From the NCBI GenBank assembly GCA_965153355.1, contig OZ231126.1, positions 45,136,001 to 45,200,000 of the forward strand: a stretch of 64,000 nt of DNA. The letters are read 5' to 3'. The position numbers and the translations under genes were made by a program. This stretch comes from Flaccisagitta enflata. Its lineage: Eukaryota. Below are positions 40,392 through 54,897 of the stretch, in pieces. The notes under the pieces are model-generated. The model was not told where the DNA came from and did no database searches. It worked only from the letters and a program-made list of their open reading frames with translations. Position 1 is the first letter of the stretch. Every line of letters begins with the position of its first letter.

Positions 40392-40719
40392 AGATTGGAT
40401 GGTTTTTACTTTTGGTCAGGACACTCTATAGTATTAGTTGAATGCAGGACTCAAATTTTTGTCAATTGGTCCAAGAAAATATATTTGAGATTGATGTTAT
40501 TATTTTTATTTGAATTGAATGAGCCTATCTTTATTTTTGGCAAAAAAATTGTCTTTTGGGGTGTCTGCCCCTGCCCCAGCCCACTCCCAGCCCATTAGGG
40601 TTAACCAAACCGAAAAACGTATAGCGAAGTTCAGTTATACTTGAACAGAAAAATTATTTTCCAGTTTGAAGTTCAAAGATTTTCAGTACTACGCCCTGAT
40701 TAAAAAAATCACCTACTAG

Positions 40720-41130
40720 GGAAACGAATATAGAACATTGTTAAAGCGATTGAATGTGCTTGATGAATTACTTCCACCGGAGCGTTATCGTTACTTGACG
40801 GCATTCAAATGTTTTGACGCAGTTGTTACATCTACATTTTCATATGACCTTGATCCTAACTACGCATGATACATTCGTGAGTTTGAGGCATCTTGGATAG
40901 ATTTGGGGATAAGCATAACACCAAAGGTACATCTTCTGTGCAAGCATTTAGAGGAGGCGTGCGAATACTACGGTTTTGGAATGGCCTTACTGAACGAAAG
41001 CGCGGGGAAGGCGATTCACGCCGACTTTGCGAAACATTATCAAGGCTACGCAGTAAAAGATCAGGAATCAGACAGCTACCAGAAAAAGCTTTTACACGCA
41101 GTCAAGACAAACAATTCCAACCACATTTAG
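40720..41130 (+). pseudogene. C-terminal fragment of a DDE transposase (Chapaev/Transib-like)
   Basis: GNEYRTLL...LDPNYA*YIREF...GISITPKVHLLCKH...GMALLNESAGKAIHADF...NSNHI*; internal stop, and the expected catalytic Glu reads Lys. Confidence 0.7.
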
Positions 41131-41627
41131 GCAGATTTTATGCGTATTGAGTTTCTCTTCTTTATACACAATTACTTGTGTTCAGAAGAAGAAAAAAGGT
41201 GAGAGAAAGAATCTCATTTTCCTTCAATTTTTTGTGCATCTGGATGACACAAATCGGTCGAAATCATCAGAACCGAGCTGAAGGTAAAGGTTTGACTATT
41301 TTTTTGTGAAAATAGCATGTTTGTGACATTTTTTAAACAATTAAACCGGTCAGCATCAATAAAACTAAAAGATAAGGGAAAAAAATGGTTGCTATTACCA
41401 CCTTCTTACAACCGGAAAAATCATTGTTTTGCACACATGCAACCCAGATTTTGCATAGATTTTTGTTTTTTTAGTATCTTAATACATTATTTTACCATTT
41501 ACTACTAGAGTTTTGACTGAATTCAAAGTTTTGATTTTTGGACCCTCTGGACCCCTATTTTGGCCCCTTCGCTGGCACCTTGTCAACACATCACACACAA
41601 ACACACACACATTGTAAAATATAACGG

Positions 41628-41677
<50 letters not shown>

Positions 41678-42988
41678 CTCTCTCTCTCTCTCTCCCTCCC
41701 TCCCTCCCTCCCTCCCTCCCTCCCTCTTCTCATCTCTTTTCTTTTGTGCAAAGGGTCAAATATGCATGACATAAATTCATTTGCTTTGGGAAAGGAAGGA
41801 AGGTAAGGAAACGTAAACACTGAACACGTCAGTAGCATTTTCCTCGATTAGTTCTTTTTAAAGAAGGTGCCCTTTTCAACTCTTCGAGGCGCCGTCGAGG
41901 AAGCTTTCATTTGCCAGAATTTATTGCGTCTAAAGCTTCGACTCAGTTCACCAGAACAGGTGGAGATCTTTATCAGATTCGTCTTCATGTTAGACTATTC
42001 TCTAGTCTAGTTAGTAATTCAGCTAAACGTTGGTCGGAGCTTTTGATCGGCACTTTTCATTTGTCAGCTTCACAAAGCTTAGAAAAAAAAAATCAACAAT
42101 TTCAGGTTTGAATTCGTGAACGAGCAAACCAGCCAGCCAGTTTATTTCATAGCGCAAAATTGAGCATCCCTTCCATTTTAGCACTCTCGTATCGCTTACA
42201 TTCGAACATTTAGTGAAAATCAGCGCAAAACCTGGTGAATCAACGCTATTTATAAAAAAATCATAATAAGACAATGTTGTTTGGCGCTGATGAAAGTCAA
42301 TCGGCGCCATACAACTTAAATCAGCGCCAGTCAACGCTAGTCAACGTTTTCAATCGATGCAACTCAGCGTGAAAGTGGATATGAGACAAAAATCTTTCCA
42401 TGACCGTTTTTCATTGCTCGAATGATTAACAAACAACCACACCTAAAGTTGTTACGAAGGGCGAAACCTATAGGTTTTGAGGCGTGAATTATTGCGTGTG
42501 AATAGCATGAGAAAAGCTCATCTCCTGAGCCTGACCTTTGCAGTTTCGCAGTTCAAGGATTTTCGTATATCTTTTATATTTGAAAGCAGGAAAAAAAAAA
42601 GAGGACAAAGTTTGAAAAGCATTACTTCTTAAATCTCTTTCGCTTGTCTGATGTCTCTCTCATTTGCATATTCTTGACGGTGACGATATCATATTTTGAA
42701 TCGCATGCGCATGCGAATTGCTGAGCTGGCCGGTCTGTCTGTCGGTCGGATGCTTGATAGGTTCGTCCATCGGCCACGTCACTCTTTGTATAATGAGGGT
42801 AAATTGATAATGGCAAGCGCCGCACACGCAATCATACAGATTACAGATCCCTTCAAAATCATTGCTGCTGCCCACCAAGTCGTTTGAATCAACCTCAGGT
42901 AGGGGGAATTTAAAGCATGTTTGTTTGTTTGTTTGTTTGTTTGTTTGTTTGTTTGTTTGTTTTTGTATATAGTTATTCCGTTTATGTA

Positions 42989-43091
<103 letters not shown>

Positions 43092-43332
43092 GCTCTCTCT
43101 CTCTCTCTCTCTCTCCTTTTGCAGCCGGCGTTGCACGTGCGTAAAAAGAGAGAGAGCGTCGCCAATCGCGGAAAGGTGTTCTCTTCAGTCTTTCCCCGTG
43201 TACCGCTTCCTTCCTTCTTTCCTTCCTTTCCTTCCTGCGCCGGGAAAAAAAGACAACCGGCCCCGAATTCAAAACTCATCTACATCTCAAAGCACCTCAC
43301 AAACGTGTTTTTTCTTCTTTTCTTCTCATAGT

Positions 43333-43412
<80 letters not shown>

Positions 43413-43455
43413 TTTTTCTTTCTTTCTTTCTGTCATTCTTTCTTTCTTTCCTTTT

Positions 43456-45052
43456 TTAGGTGCGCCATAGCACCTCTATAACTAGCTCTGTCTGTTGGTC
43501 GGTCGGTCGGTCGGTCGGTCACGCTCGAGTTGAAAATCTCGAAAAGAAGCAAAAATCACTTGAAATGATTCAGAAATATGCTAGGATGATTCCCAGATGC
43601 GACATAGCACCTCTTAAAGAGGTTCTGTCCATCCGTCGGTCACGCTCGAATGAAAACTCGCTGAAAATGTTTGATATCAATTGAAAACTCATTTCGTTCA
43701 TTTCAATCACTAAAATTCATTTCAATCACTAAAATTCATTTCATTCACTAAAATTCATTTCATTCACTAAAATTCATTTCATTCACTAAAATTCATTTCA
43801 TTCACTAAAATTCATTTCATTCATTCATTCATTCATTCATTCATTCATTTCATTCACTGAAAATGTTTAAAATCAATTGAAAACTCATTTTGTTCATTTC
43901 ATTTACTAAAATTCATTTCATTCACTAAAATAATCAGCTACGTTGAGGTCATTCACTAAAATTCATTTCATTCATTAAAAATTCATTTCATTCATTAAAA
44001 TTCATTTCATTCACTAACATTCATTTCATTCACTAACATTCATTTCATTCACTAACATTCATTTCATTCATACATTCATTTCATTCATACATTCATTTCA
44101 TTCATACATTCATTTCATTTATTCATTTCATTTATTCATTTCATTCATTTCATTCATTCATTCCTTCATTCATTTATTCATTCATTCCTTCATTCATTCA
44201 TTCATTCTTTCATTCATTCATTCATTCTTTCATTCATTCTTTCATTCATTCATTCTTTCATTCATTCTTTCATTCATTCTTTCATTCATTCATTCATTCA
44301 TTCATTTCATTCATTCCATTCATTCAATTTCATTTCATTCAATTTCATTTCATTCATTCATTCAATTTCATTCATTCATTCAATTTCATTCATTCATTCA
44401 TTCATTCATTCATTCATTCAATTTCATTTCGTTCATACATTCATTTCGTTCATACATTCATTTCATTCATACATTCATTTCATTCATTCATTCATTCATT
44501 CATTCATTCATTCATTCATTCATTCATTCATTCATTCATTCATTCAATTTCTTTCATTCATTTCATTCATTTCATTCATTTCATTCATTTCATTCATTTC
44601 ATTCATTCATTTCATGTTTGAAATCAATGGAAAACTCATTTCGTTCATTTCATTCACTAAAATTCATTTCATTCACAAAAATTCATTTCATTCACTAAAA
44701 TAATCAGCTACGTTGAGGTCTGATCAAGCTGGGGATAGGTCGGATAGGTCTGGTGATAGGTCGGATAGGTGTGGGGATAGGTCTGATAGAGCTCGGGATA
44801 GGTCTGATAGAGCTCGGGATAGGTCTGATAGAGCTCGGGATAGGTCTGTTAGAGCTCGGGATAGGTCTTATAGAGCTCAGGATAGGTCTGATAGAGCTCG
44901 GGATAGACCTGATAGAGCTCGGGATAGGTCTGATAGAGCTCGGGATAGGTCTGATAGAGCTAGGGATAGGTCTGATAGAGCTAGGGATAGGGCTGATGGA
45001 GCTAGGGATAGGTCTAAGAATAAATAACGCCCGGCGTGTATCCGGCCTTGTT
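43456..45052 (+). mobile_element. Expanded HINE-like element filled with tandem arrays
   Basis: Starts AGGTGCGCCATAGCACCT plus (GGTC)n, ends GTGTATCCGGCCTTGTT; interior has about 1 kb of (CATT/CATTT)n and a 21-bp array. Confidence 0.6.
44730..45015. repeat. 21-bp minisatellite GATAGGTCTGATAGAGCTCGG
   Basis: About a dozen tandem copies visible. Confidence 0.9.
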
Positions 45053-46195
45053 TTTTCCAGTTTCTTCTTTTCTTTCGGTCTTTCTTTCTTTCTTTCTTTC
45101 TTTCTTTTTTTCTTCCTTTCCTCCTTTCTTTCTTACATTCTTTAATTCTTTCATTCTTTTCCATTGACGCTCCCGTTTACCTTTTATCTTTTGGACTGCC
45201 TAGACTGAGAAAAGGTGTACTGAAGAGAAAAGAGGGAGGAAAAGTGTATAAGTCAAAGAAGGCGAAGTATAAGTGAGAGGCGCGAGTGAGAGGCTAGGAA
45301 TAAGACTTCATCGGAACATTAGAAATTCAGACTAATGATTACGAATGACTCTTGTTAGATTGAGACTCTTGTTAACGATTCATATGATCATTGAAAAATT
45401 GATATGAGATTGCTACAAATTGTGAAACCGCTCGAAACAGTGACGTGGGCGGAATAAGTCGTCGTGATTACTGCTACACTGGGGATGGTGCCGGAAAGGT
45501 TGTCTTACAAGTTTCCACTGGAAACTCCCTGATCTCCCATATCAAGAGATGATTCCCCGCATCTCCAAGGAGAGACTTGACTCGAATTTTAACCTAGAAG
45601 GCGTGCGCCCTCGACAGAGGCTTGCCTCACCGCCCCCGGCAGGCTTCCTTGAAACGGCGAGAGACGTTTGTCGCGGCCATCTCTTCAAGACAGTATGGGC
45701 ATTCTTTCCGCTTTGCCTCATACTTCCTTGCCATGACGACTTCTTGGGTGCTTTCGTTACCAAACTACTTGTGGTTTCAGAGATTTTCTTGATTTGCCGC
45801 ATTTTTAGATCTCTATAAGAGGCTTTGTCCGTCTGTTGGTCCGTCCGTTGGTCCGTCTGTTGGTCCGTCGGTGAGCACGAGTCATATATAGTGAAGACTC
45901 AAGGGAATCACGCAAAATGTTAAGTCATTGCATCATGCCACATGATTGATGCAATATTGCATCATTCCTAACAAGCTGAGCAGCATGTGGACGCATCGTT
46001 GTACCCCCGGGGTACTTGTTTACAGTCGAGAGACCTACTAAGCTTAGATATTTGATGAATACTCTTCTTGTGGATCGTCAAAACCTTCGACCGGCAAACT
46101 TCCCCGCAGATCTCAAGATCCCATAACTTCCTTCCCACTTCTTCATTCCTCACCATCCATGGGCCGCTCCACTTTTTACCTTTTCTCCGCTCGTA

Positions 46196-46779
46196 ACAGG
46201 GTGTGCAAAATTATCCGCACTTGGCACTTACTTTGTTCAAAAACCCTAGAAGGTAAAGATTTATGAAAGCATAAATAATAGGTATGAAAAAGTATTTTTT
46301 TTATTATTCAAAACTTAAAATCACAGAGTCAGTATTAAGTCTTTTCAGGTATATTTTACCCTAATAAAACATTCCTTAGAATTCTTTATCAAAATAATCT
46401 GAAATTCTGTTATGAGTTTTTCTTGCTTTTCAGGCCTAGTTAATTTGCTTTAGTGAGCTCCATTCATGATGATATGATTTACCTACCTCAGCACAATGTG
46501 TGCCAAGCAAAAAAGATCGATATTTAGTAGTCACAAATACAAGAATCTGTAATATTGTTCCCTTTTTTGCCTATGAAATAAAATCCTGTCAAAATCAAAA
46601 TCTTTGCGTCAAATCATTTGACTCCCTTAGTGACAAGGGGTATAAAAAAGACCTGCAATCAGTTTTAGCTTCTTGTATAACTTACTGGGGCACTCTGGTC
46701 CAAATTTCATGGTGCTGAGTCACTTTTGAGTACAGTTTTCTTTCCACAAAGCAAGTGCGGATAATTTTGCACACCCTGT
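46196..46779. mobile_element. MITE with about 28-bp TIRs and TA TSD
   Basis: ACAGGGTGTGCAAAATTATCCGCACTTG and exact inverted copy; removing it plus one TA restores a flanking reading frame. Confidence 0.85.
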
Positions 46780-47255
46780 TAGTCCTTCAGATGTCGCATC
46801 CGTTCATTCACTTGTCTTTTCCTCTCTCTGTACAGTCGATTCCGGCTTTCCTGCAAAGCTTTCTCTAGTAGGCCACTGTTGTGTATTGAGAGCCTCGTTT
46901 TATGGTCCTTTTTGGAAATCTGATTGTGCGTCCATCTGTTCCTATATCGCAAATGTTCAGCTCGAAGTCCCCCACATGTTTCACAGTCAGGTCGTATCGA
47001 AGCCCGATCGGGGTTGGGCTATTCTTGCTCCGTGCACCGACGAGTGGAACGGGCTTCTCGCCTTGCCGTAACATGCGGTGATATACTATACCAATACTAT
47101 TTCGAGACGTTATTCGTTGCGTTAAACAAATGCGGGGAGATGGTAATAAGGGCGACCAGTTATGGCCCAGATCAATTTGCCGGAATAATCAATACATCCC
47201 TAAATCGACCATTAATCGGTTTTCGCCATTAAGACAGTTTTATAGTTTCCATGTT

Positions 47256-47431
47256 CAGTGGAACCCCGCAATAACAGCGTCGCTTTTAAAGGTTCCCCAT
47301 CAATAAAACTCAACATTTTGAGGTCCCAAGTGATAGTTTATAATGTTATTTGACCTCTCTTTAAAGGTTACCCTGAAATAAAGGTAAAAAATGTTCAGTC
47401 CCAATTGGACCGATAAGGCGGGGTCCTACTG
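47256..47431. mobile_element. Small pogo/Tigger-like MITE
   Basis: CAGTGGAACCCCGC...GCGGGGTCCTACTG-TA ends. Confidence 0.6.
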
Positions 47432-47904
47432 TATTCACTTATCTCTCGCCAAATGTTTCTTTTTCTTTCTCTCTTTTTCTCGTTTTCTCCTGTTTTTCCT
47501 GCTTCATGAATTTTCTCTTGTTCCCGGACGGTTTTTTTTCGCCTTTGGAGCTCTTAAAACCGAGAGAGAGAATGACTCCCAAAAGAAATAAACTCAGGAG
47601 AAAGAAGATGAAGAAGAAGAAAATGGAGGGGGAAAAATAGGAAGGAGAAAAACGGAGAAAGCCAAGAAAATAGGAAAGAGAAGAACGAGAGAAAGGAAAT
47701 GGAATAACGGTGGACGAGGGTTTTTGCGTCTAAGGCAAGAGGTAACCTAGGCCCAAGGTAAGTGTTATACTTGACCTTCTTGGCATAAGGGCATGAGAAA
47801 AAACAGATGAAATACTGTGAACTAAACCTAGACTTGGTGCCGGCACATTAGCCGGGGAAGACAAGAAAGCTGAGGAAGAAAACACGTTCAGAAACATGAT
47901 CAAG

Positions 47905-48831
<927 letters not shown>

Positions 48832-49511
48832 ATGCATCTGATGCTGTGAACCAAATTGATAGTGAACGATGGTGAAAAAAGGTCACGCTGTTGATGGTGA
48901 CGATGATGATGGTGACGAAAATGTTGAAAATTTTCGAGTTGATCCAAAATGACACCGCAGACAATAATTAGGAAGAGGAGCCTGCAGAAGCTTCGGAGAT
49001 GATCTGAGCAGACGTTAACAACCCCTCAAACTCAGGAATGTAAATTAAGTGGCTTAAACAATCTACAGCGCCAAAAAAATGTGAACCTCATCATTTACAT
49101 AATGAGTCCCAGTTTTGGAGCCTAATTTCAAACGTGTCTCTCCATGTCCCTACATCCCTATCTACCACCCTCCCCCCCTCCATCTCCCTCAGTGATTTTC
49201 TTTCCTTTCCTTCTCTGGTTATTTTTGACAGGCTAAAAGCTCATGTTCTCTTTTTTTGGAAATGTCGTTAGCGATGTGTGTTCTTTTTTTTTCTTGTGTG
49301 TTCTTTTTTTTTCTTGAAAAGGTTAGACGCCAGATGTCAAAGTCGTAAGCAAAACGCTTTGAACTCTCTCTCTTTCAATTTTAAAGAATACTTAAACAAG
49401 GCCCGATACACGGCTGCTGTAGCCCTTAGTCGCGGACAGACGCCGGGTGGGCAGGAGCGGAAAATCTCGAAAAAGGACTCTGTAACCGACCGACGGACCA
49501 ACCAATCAATG

Positions 49512-50470
49512 CACTAAGGGCCACGGATTGCGCTAGGTGGCTCCTTGGGTATTTGGGTGAAAATTTTCATCTCTGCTATATGGCTCAAACTAAGTAGAAT
49601 GGTCATGGTGGCATTTGAGCGTACATTACCAATCCATATGACAGGTTTTATGGCAATTTAGAGTGAAAAAAGGCGACCTAAATAGACGTTACTACGAAAA
49701 ATGCTACATTTCAAGAAAAATCAATGAGTTATTTGGATTATCTGTTAAGATTACAAAAAGCTCATGATATCTTCAATATTGGATTGGATTCCTTCATTAA
49801 TGTTTAAATGTCTGGAAAAATTTAAAAAATCATTATTTTTTACATTTTTAGCACTATTAAATTGGTCTACTATTACTACAGATTTGACCTAATTTGCATG
49901 CTATTATTACCCTATAAATATAAAAAATCGCACAAGGACGCACAATGAGCCACCTATGCCAAAATGTAGTTCAAGGGGTCCTGAATCCAGAATGCTATAG
50001 CTCAAGCGGGCCTTCGACGTCCAAATTGCGATTTTCTTGGCCTAAAATGGACAAGTAATAATGTGGATAAAAGTAAAAATCTATATTTGATTGGAAGAAA
50101 AATGAGCAAAATGAGCTAAATGAGCAAAAAAATGATTTTTTTTGAGCACCTTATTAAGGAATCTTATTGAACAAAGACAAAAATTTAATTGATTTGGTCA
50201 AAACATTAGACAATTTGAATACTAAATGTAAGAGAGTTTAGCAGTATTTTTCACTTTATTTTCTCAAATTTTTCTTCTTTTGTACTCTAAGCTCATAAAG
50301 CTCTTAATCCAATAGAAATGAGTCAATATTGGATATAAATAGTTTCATAACATCTGAAAATATGCAGACAAATGTTTTTTACTCTGTATATTTCATAAGG
50401 AACAATGTAATGGAAAAAATGTAATGTTAATCCCCAATGAGCCACCTAGCGCACAATGCAGCCCACAGTG
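49512..50470. mobile_element. Non-autonomous Transib-like DNA transposon nested in a HINE
   Basis: CAC...GTG termini (right end CACAGTG), imperfect TIRs sharing GCGCTAGGTGGCTC, perfect 5-bp TSD CAATG. Confidence 0.8.
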
Positions 50471-52740
50471 CAATGGACCGAAAAGTGGCGTATAGAGTCA
50501 AGGGTCCGCGGCTAGAAGATCGAGAAAACATTGGAATTTTGTCTACGTGAGCTGTGTTTTGCCAGCCTTATGATTTTCATTTTCTGAATAGAAGTTCCTT
50601 CTAAGATTTGAAGTAAACATTACACGCGAATTGGTAAAATCTCAATAGATAGAAGTTTGGATTTTAGCTTCGAGGCTGGATGTTGCGCTTCAAGTTATCA
50701 TTTGTTGGACAATAAGACTTTTTCTGGTTGAGTCAAGCTGAATTTCATATTTCTACTGCATCCCTCTTTCCCCCGACACACTTTGTTCATTTCAAAGTGG
50801 ACCAATTATGAAAGAAAAATATATGCTACATGACAGTAAAGACATTCTCTATTTTTGGCAATGAAGCTGACATGGCGAGATATATCGTCTCCGCCAAATT
50901 GCGCTTTTTCTGTCATCTTTGCAAACCCGGCATTCTCTTCTTCATCTTCTTTCTTCTCCTCTGATTCTCTTTTTTCTTTCTTCAATTACGCATGCGAGGT
51001 TTTCAATGTCATCTATTGGGAGAATTTTTTGGCAGCCGAAAATGAAAATTAGCAATTTGAAAGGGAATGCGCGAGGCAATTGTGGGTAGATCGCAAACGC
51101 GTCACGGTTTCGTCTTTGCTGCGTCTGTTACAACACGACTCTGTAGTGGGATCCCAAAGCGAGAATGCAGAGTCACAAAAAAGCTGGAAAAATTCTTTAC
51201 TCGTCTTTTCCCAAGGTAATGAGAAAAAATCTGCTTGAATGCAATGAATAACAAGCGTCAGGGACCAAAAATGATGGAAATGAAGGCTCCCGTCTTTTTC
51301 CCTTTCTCTTTTTCTTTCTTTGGCTCTTTCTGCGTTTCACCCGGCGGAAATTAGGACTAAATTTGTGCGAGAGAGAGAAAATGAGAAAAAAGCTGGCGCT
51401 CTGTGAGCGGCTCGAGTCAATATTTTCGCGTGCGTCATGCATGCATGTGCGTTTTCTTAATGTCAAAAAGTTGAAAACCTCATGATATGAATACGAATAT
51501 TGATATGAATAAGCGAGGTCGCTTTATGGCGTGATCAGATCCAGTGCTGCTTAGAACATTTGAGTGATATTCATTTGCTTAAATGTCATTTCTTATGAGT
51601 GAAATTTGTCACACAGCCAGAGAATAAAGATAGATAGATTTTTCTTCATCGCTACAATTTCTGATTGAACCACGCACCACCACAAGCTTTCAAAAAATAC
51701 CACCATCAACCTACCAGTCATCATCTAACAAGATCCGCAGCACCCAAAAAAGATCGCGAGGACGCAAACACTTAACTCCCTTTCAAAACAACCAGCACCC
51801 CATCATGTCGCCTAAACCTTTTCGCCGTTTCCAATGCCGACTCTGCCTAATTTTCATGTTATTCCTTTCCTTCTTTTTTTTCTTTCATTTTTTTTTCTCT
51901 CTCTCTTCCTAATTCCACCACTAATTTGTGTTTTGATCCTTTTTGCTTAATCTCCTTCCTTTTCGCTTTTGCCTTTCCTGGAATACCGGCCTTAGTTCTG
52001 CTTTTCAAAATTACTAAAGGCTGTCATCGCCACACCCACCCAAGCCAACCCAAGCAAACTCGACTAATTCTTAACAATCTTATTCAAGCGAAAACTAGTT
52101 TCTGGCTTTTTGTTTCGGTTTTTTTTTTCATCTTTCAGTTTTCGTTCCCCATGTAGGCATGTAACCTTCTCTTACCTACTAACCGACCCATGAATACGTC
52201 TCTACTAAAATATCCTCCCATTCAAGAGTCAGATTTTGAAAAAAAATCTTTGGCAGGGAAGTTTCTACCTGTCGATCAGACAATTTGGGTCCCTATTCTC
52301 TTTACTCCAGGTCTAAATATCTAAAAATCCGAATATCGTTCATTATTTATAAACATATGAATTTCTTAATCATTCCCCAGGTTTTCCCCTCACCGGACCC
52401 GCCTATCACTTGCTGTCAACATTTCCGTCACCCATCTAGCTAGCTCAACTTATGACTCATCAGTCATTTCACATTGTCACCCCGCGCATCGCCATCTTTA
52501 TCCCCTTCCCCCCTATCCCACCCCACCATAACTTTTACTAAGCCGCGGCGACGACAGAGTCGGTGGTTCCGCGTGTTTTGTTCTATTCATCGGCGCTAAT
52601 TTGTGTTTTGGTTCTTCATGTTTTCCGAGCCTTCTTTCCCCAATTGGGCACCTTTTTAGTCTAAGTGACGCTGATTCTCATTCATTTAGTCAAAAGCCCC
52701 CTAAAGGAGCTTTGCCTGTTTCTCTCCTTCTCTTGCTTTT

Positions 52741-54897
52741 TGGGGAGCGGCCCGAAGGGGTCGATGACCTATACTTTCACCCATATGGGGGATTTCCACC
52801 TTCTTATCCTTCTACTTCTTCATCCCCCCTCCAATTCTAGTCTCAAGGCCCAAATTCCAGTCTCGAGGCCCAAATCCCAGTCGCGAGGCCCAGATCCCAG
52901 CATTAAGGCCTAAATCTCAGCCTCCAGGCTAGGATTTGAGCCTTGAGACTAGGATTTGGGCCTGGAGGCTGGGATTTGGGCCTTGAGACTGGGATTTGGG
53001 CCTTGAGACTGGAATTTGGGCCTCGAGACTAGGATTTGAGGGGTGGGGGGGGGGGGACGTAGAGTAGGCCAGGGGTTTTGAGTGAAAAATTGGAAACTAG
53101 TCATCCAAGGATCGCACATGGTCAGCGGTACCCGATGCCCTGCTGGGAGTGATCCAGTGAAGAAGTGGAGTGAGAGCAGGGCAGCGGCCCCAAAGGGCCG
53201 ATGTCCTGTAGAACACAGGGGGGAATTTCCATACGTCCTGAGGAGGCACATTTCTGGGCCTATTCATTGAAGCACGAACTCTGGGCTGGAAATTGAGCTA
53301 GTCACTGAATCACGAACTTTGCGCTGGAAAAGAGGCCAGTTAGGCCCCATTCCACTGAAGCACGACTTCGTGCTTCAGTGGAATTGAAATTTGTGCTTCA
53401 GTGGAATTACTCTTGACCTCTTTTTATATTGCAATAAAACAAAAAATCAATCCAGTTTTTCTTTGATTGGGCAATACAAGTCATTTCAGTGCAATTAAAA
53501 ACTTTTTTATTTCTCTTATTCAAATAAAGATAGGTTTTTCTTTTTGTCATAAATTATTATCTTTGGAAATTTTTCTCAATTTTTCTTTTTTTTTAAAGTT
53601 TTTCTTATCACATGGATATATGTCTTTATGAAAGGAAATCAGAGATAAAAAGAAAGGAGATGATTTCTTCAGATAAAAGTAAATGAAGATTACTTTAACT
53701 ATCCTTCGGCTTCAATGAAAAAATCAGTTATTTCCAATTCCACTGAAGCTCGAATTGCAAAGAGTACCTGTTAGTCTTCATTCCACTGAAGCACGACGTC
53801 GTGCTTCAGTGAAAATGACTTTAACTTCAGCACAACTTTCGTGATTAAATGGTTGCCTGTGGAAATTAGGTCAGTCAAGGCCCATTCCACTGAAGCACGA
53901 CCTCGTGCTTCAGTGGAATTGGAATTCGTGCTTCAGTGGATTGACTCTTGACCTCTTTTCATACTGCAATTGACCTTTTTTTACCGCAATGAAATAAGAA
54001 GTCACTAAGGGTTTTTTTGATTGGTTGCAACATTTTAGTAGAATAAGGAACTTTTTTGATTTTTTTGATTCAGAATTGTTCTTTTCTTTTCTTTTTCTAA
54101 ATTTTCATCTATGAATATCTTTATATTTTTTTTTCAGATTATTCTTTTTGTTTTATCATAGAATCTTTTCCAATGTTTATTCTTCTCCAATAGATATTTC
54201 TTTTTTTGGGGGGGGAAATTAAGTTTTCTTACATGCCATTGTGTTTTCTTCAAAATGATGAAAACTATGAAAATGTAAAAAAAAAGATTTTCTTTTTGAT
54301 ATCAAAAGGAGAAAAAGGGAGAGATGGAAAAAATAGAGGAGAAATAGAAAGAGATGAAAAGAAAGGAGTTTTTTTCTGTGTCAAAATCAGTTACTTACAT
54401 TTCCACTGAAGCTCGAATTGCAAAAAGCCCTAGTTAATCTTCATTCCACTGAAGCACTAGGGTGTGCTTCAGTGGAAAAAATTTTAACTTAAGCACGAAA
54501 TTCGTGATTAAGAGGATGCCCCCATTTCTGGCAATAGATTACTGATTCAGGCCAAAGAAGGCATATTTGAAGGCTGGAGGGCAGAATTGAGGCTTTGAGA
54601 GTGGATTTGAGGTTTGGAGGGCAAATTTGAGCCACAGAGGGCTGATTTGATGCTTGGAGGCCTAGTTGAAGGTCTGGAGGGCAGATCTGAGGTCTGTAGG
54701 TCAGATTTGAGGCGGGGGGGGGGCTGATTTGAAGCCTAGAAGGCTGATTTGAGGCCTGGAGGGCTAAATTTAGGGCTGGGAGGGCAAATTTGAGGCCTTG
54801 ATGGCCAACGGGGGGGGGGGGGGACGGACGGACGGACGTATGGAAATTCCCCCCTGTGTTCTACAGGACATCGGCCCTTTGGGGCCGCTGCCCAAAA
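52741..54897. mobile_element. Cluster of a second HINE-like family (GGGCAGCGGCCCC ends) with short tandem arrays
   Basis: GGGGCCGCTGCCC and CCCCTGTGTTCTACAGGACATCGGCCC motifs, also at about 6500-6600, 57520-57650 and 59520-59640; interrupted by the 53258-54522 element. Confidence 0.55.
53258..54522. mobile_element. Non-autonomous DNA element with 8-9 bp TSD (Mutator- or hAT-like) and repeated palindromes
   Basis: CATTTCTGG at 53249-53257 and 54523-54531; two internal units each carrying TTCCACTGAAGCACG-n-CGTGCTTCAGTGGAA hairpins. Confidence 0.65.

Noticed and set aside
40590-40604. GGG-TTAA piggyBac-like end
   Set aside because: No matching opposite terminus found.
53340-54480. CRISPR-like repeated palindromes
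   Set aside because: Irregular spacing, duplicated rather than unique spacers, no cas genes, eukaryotic context.
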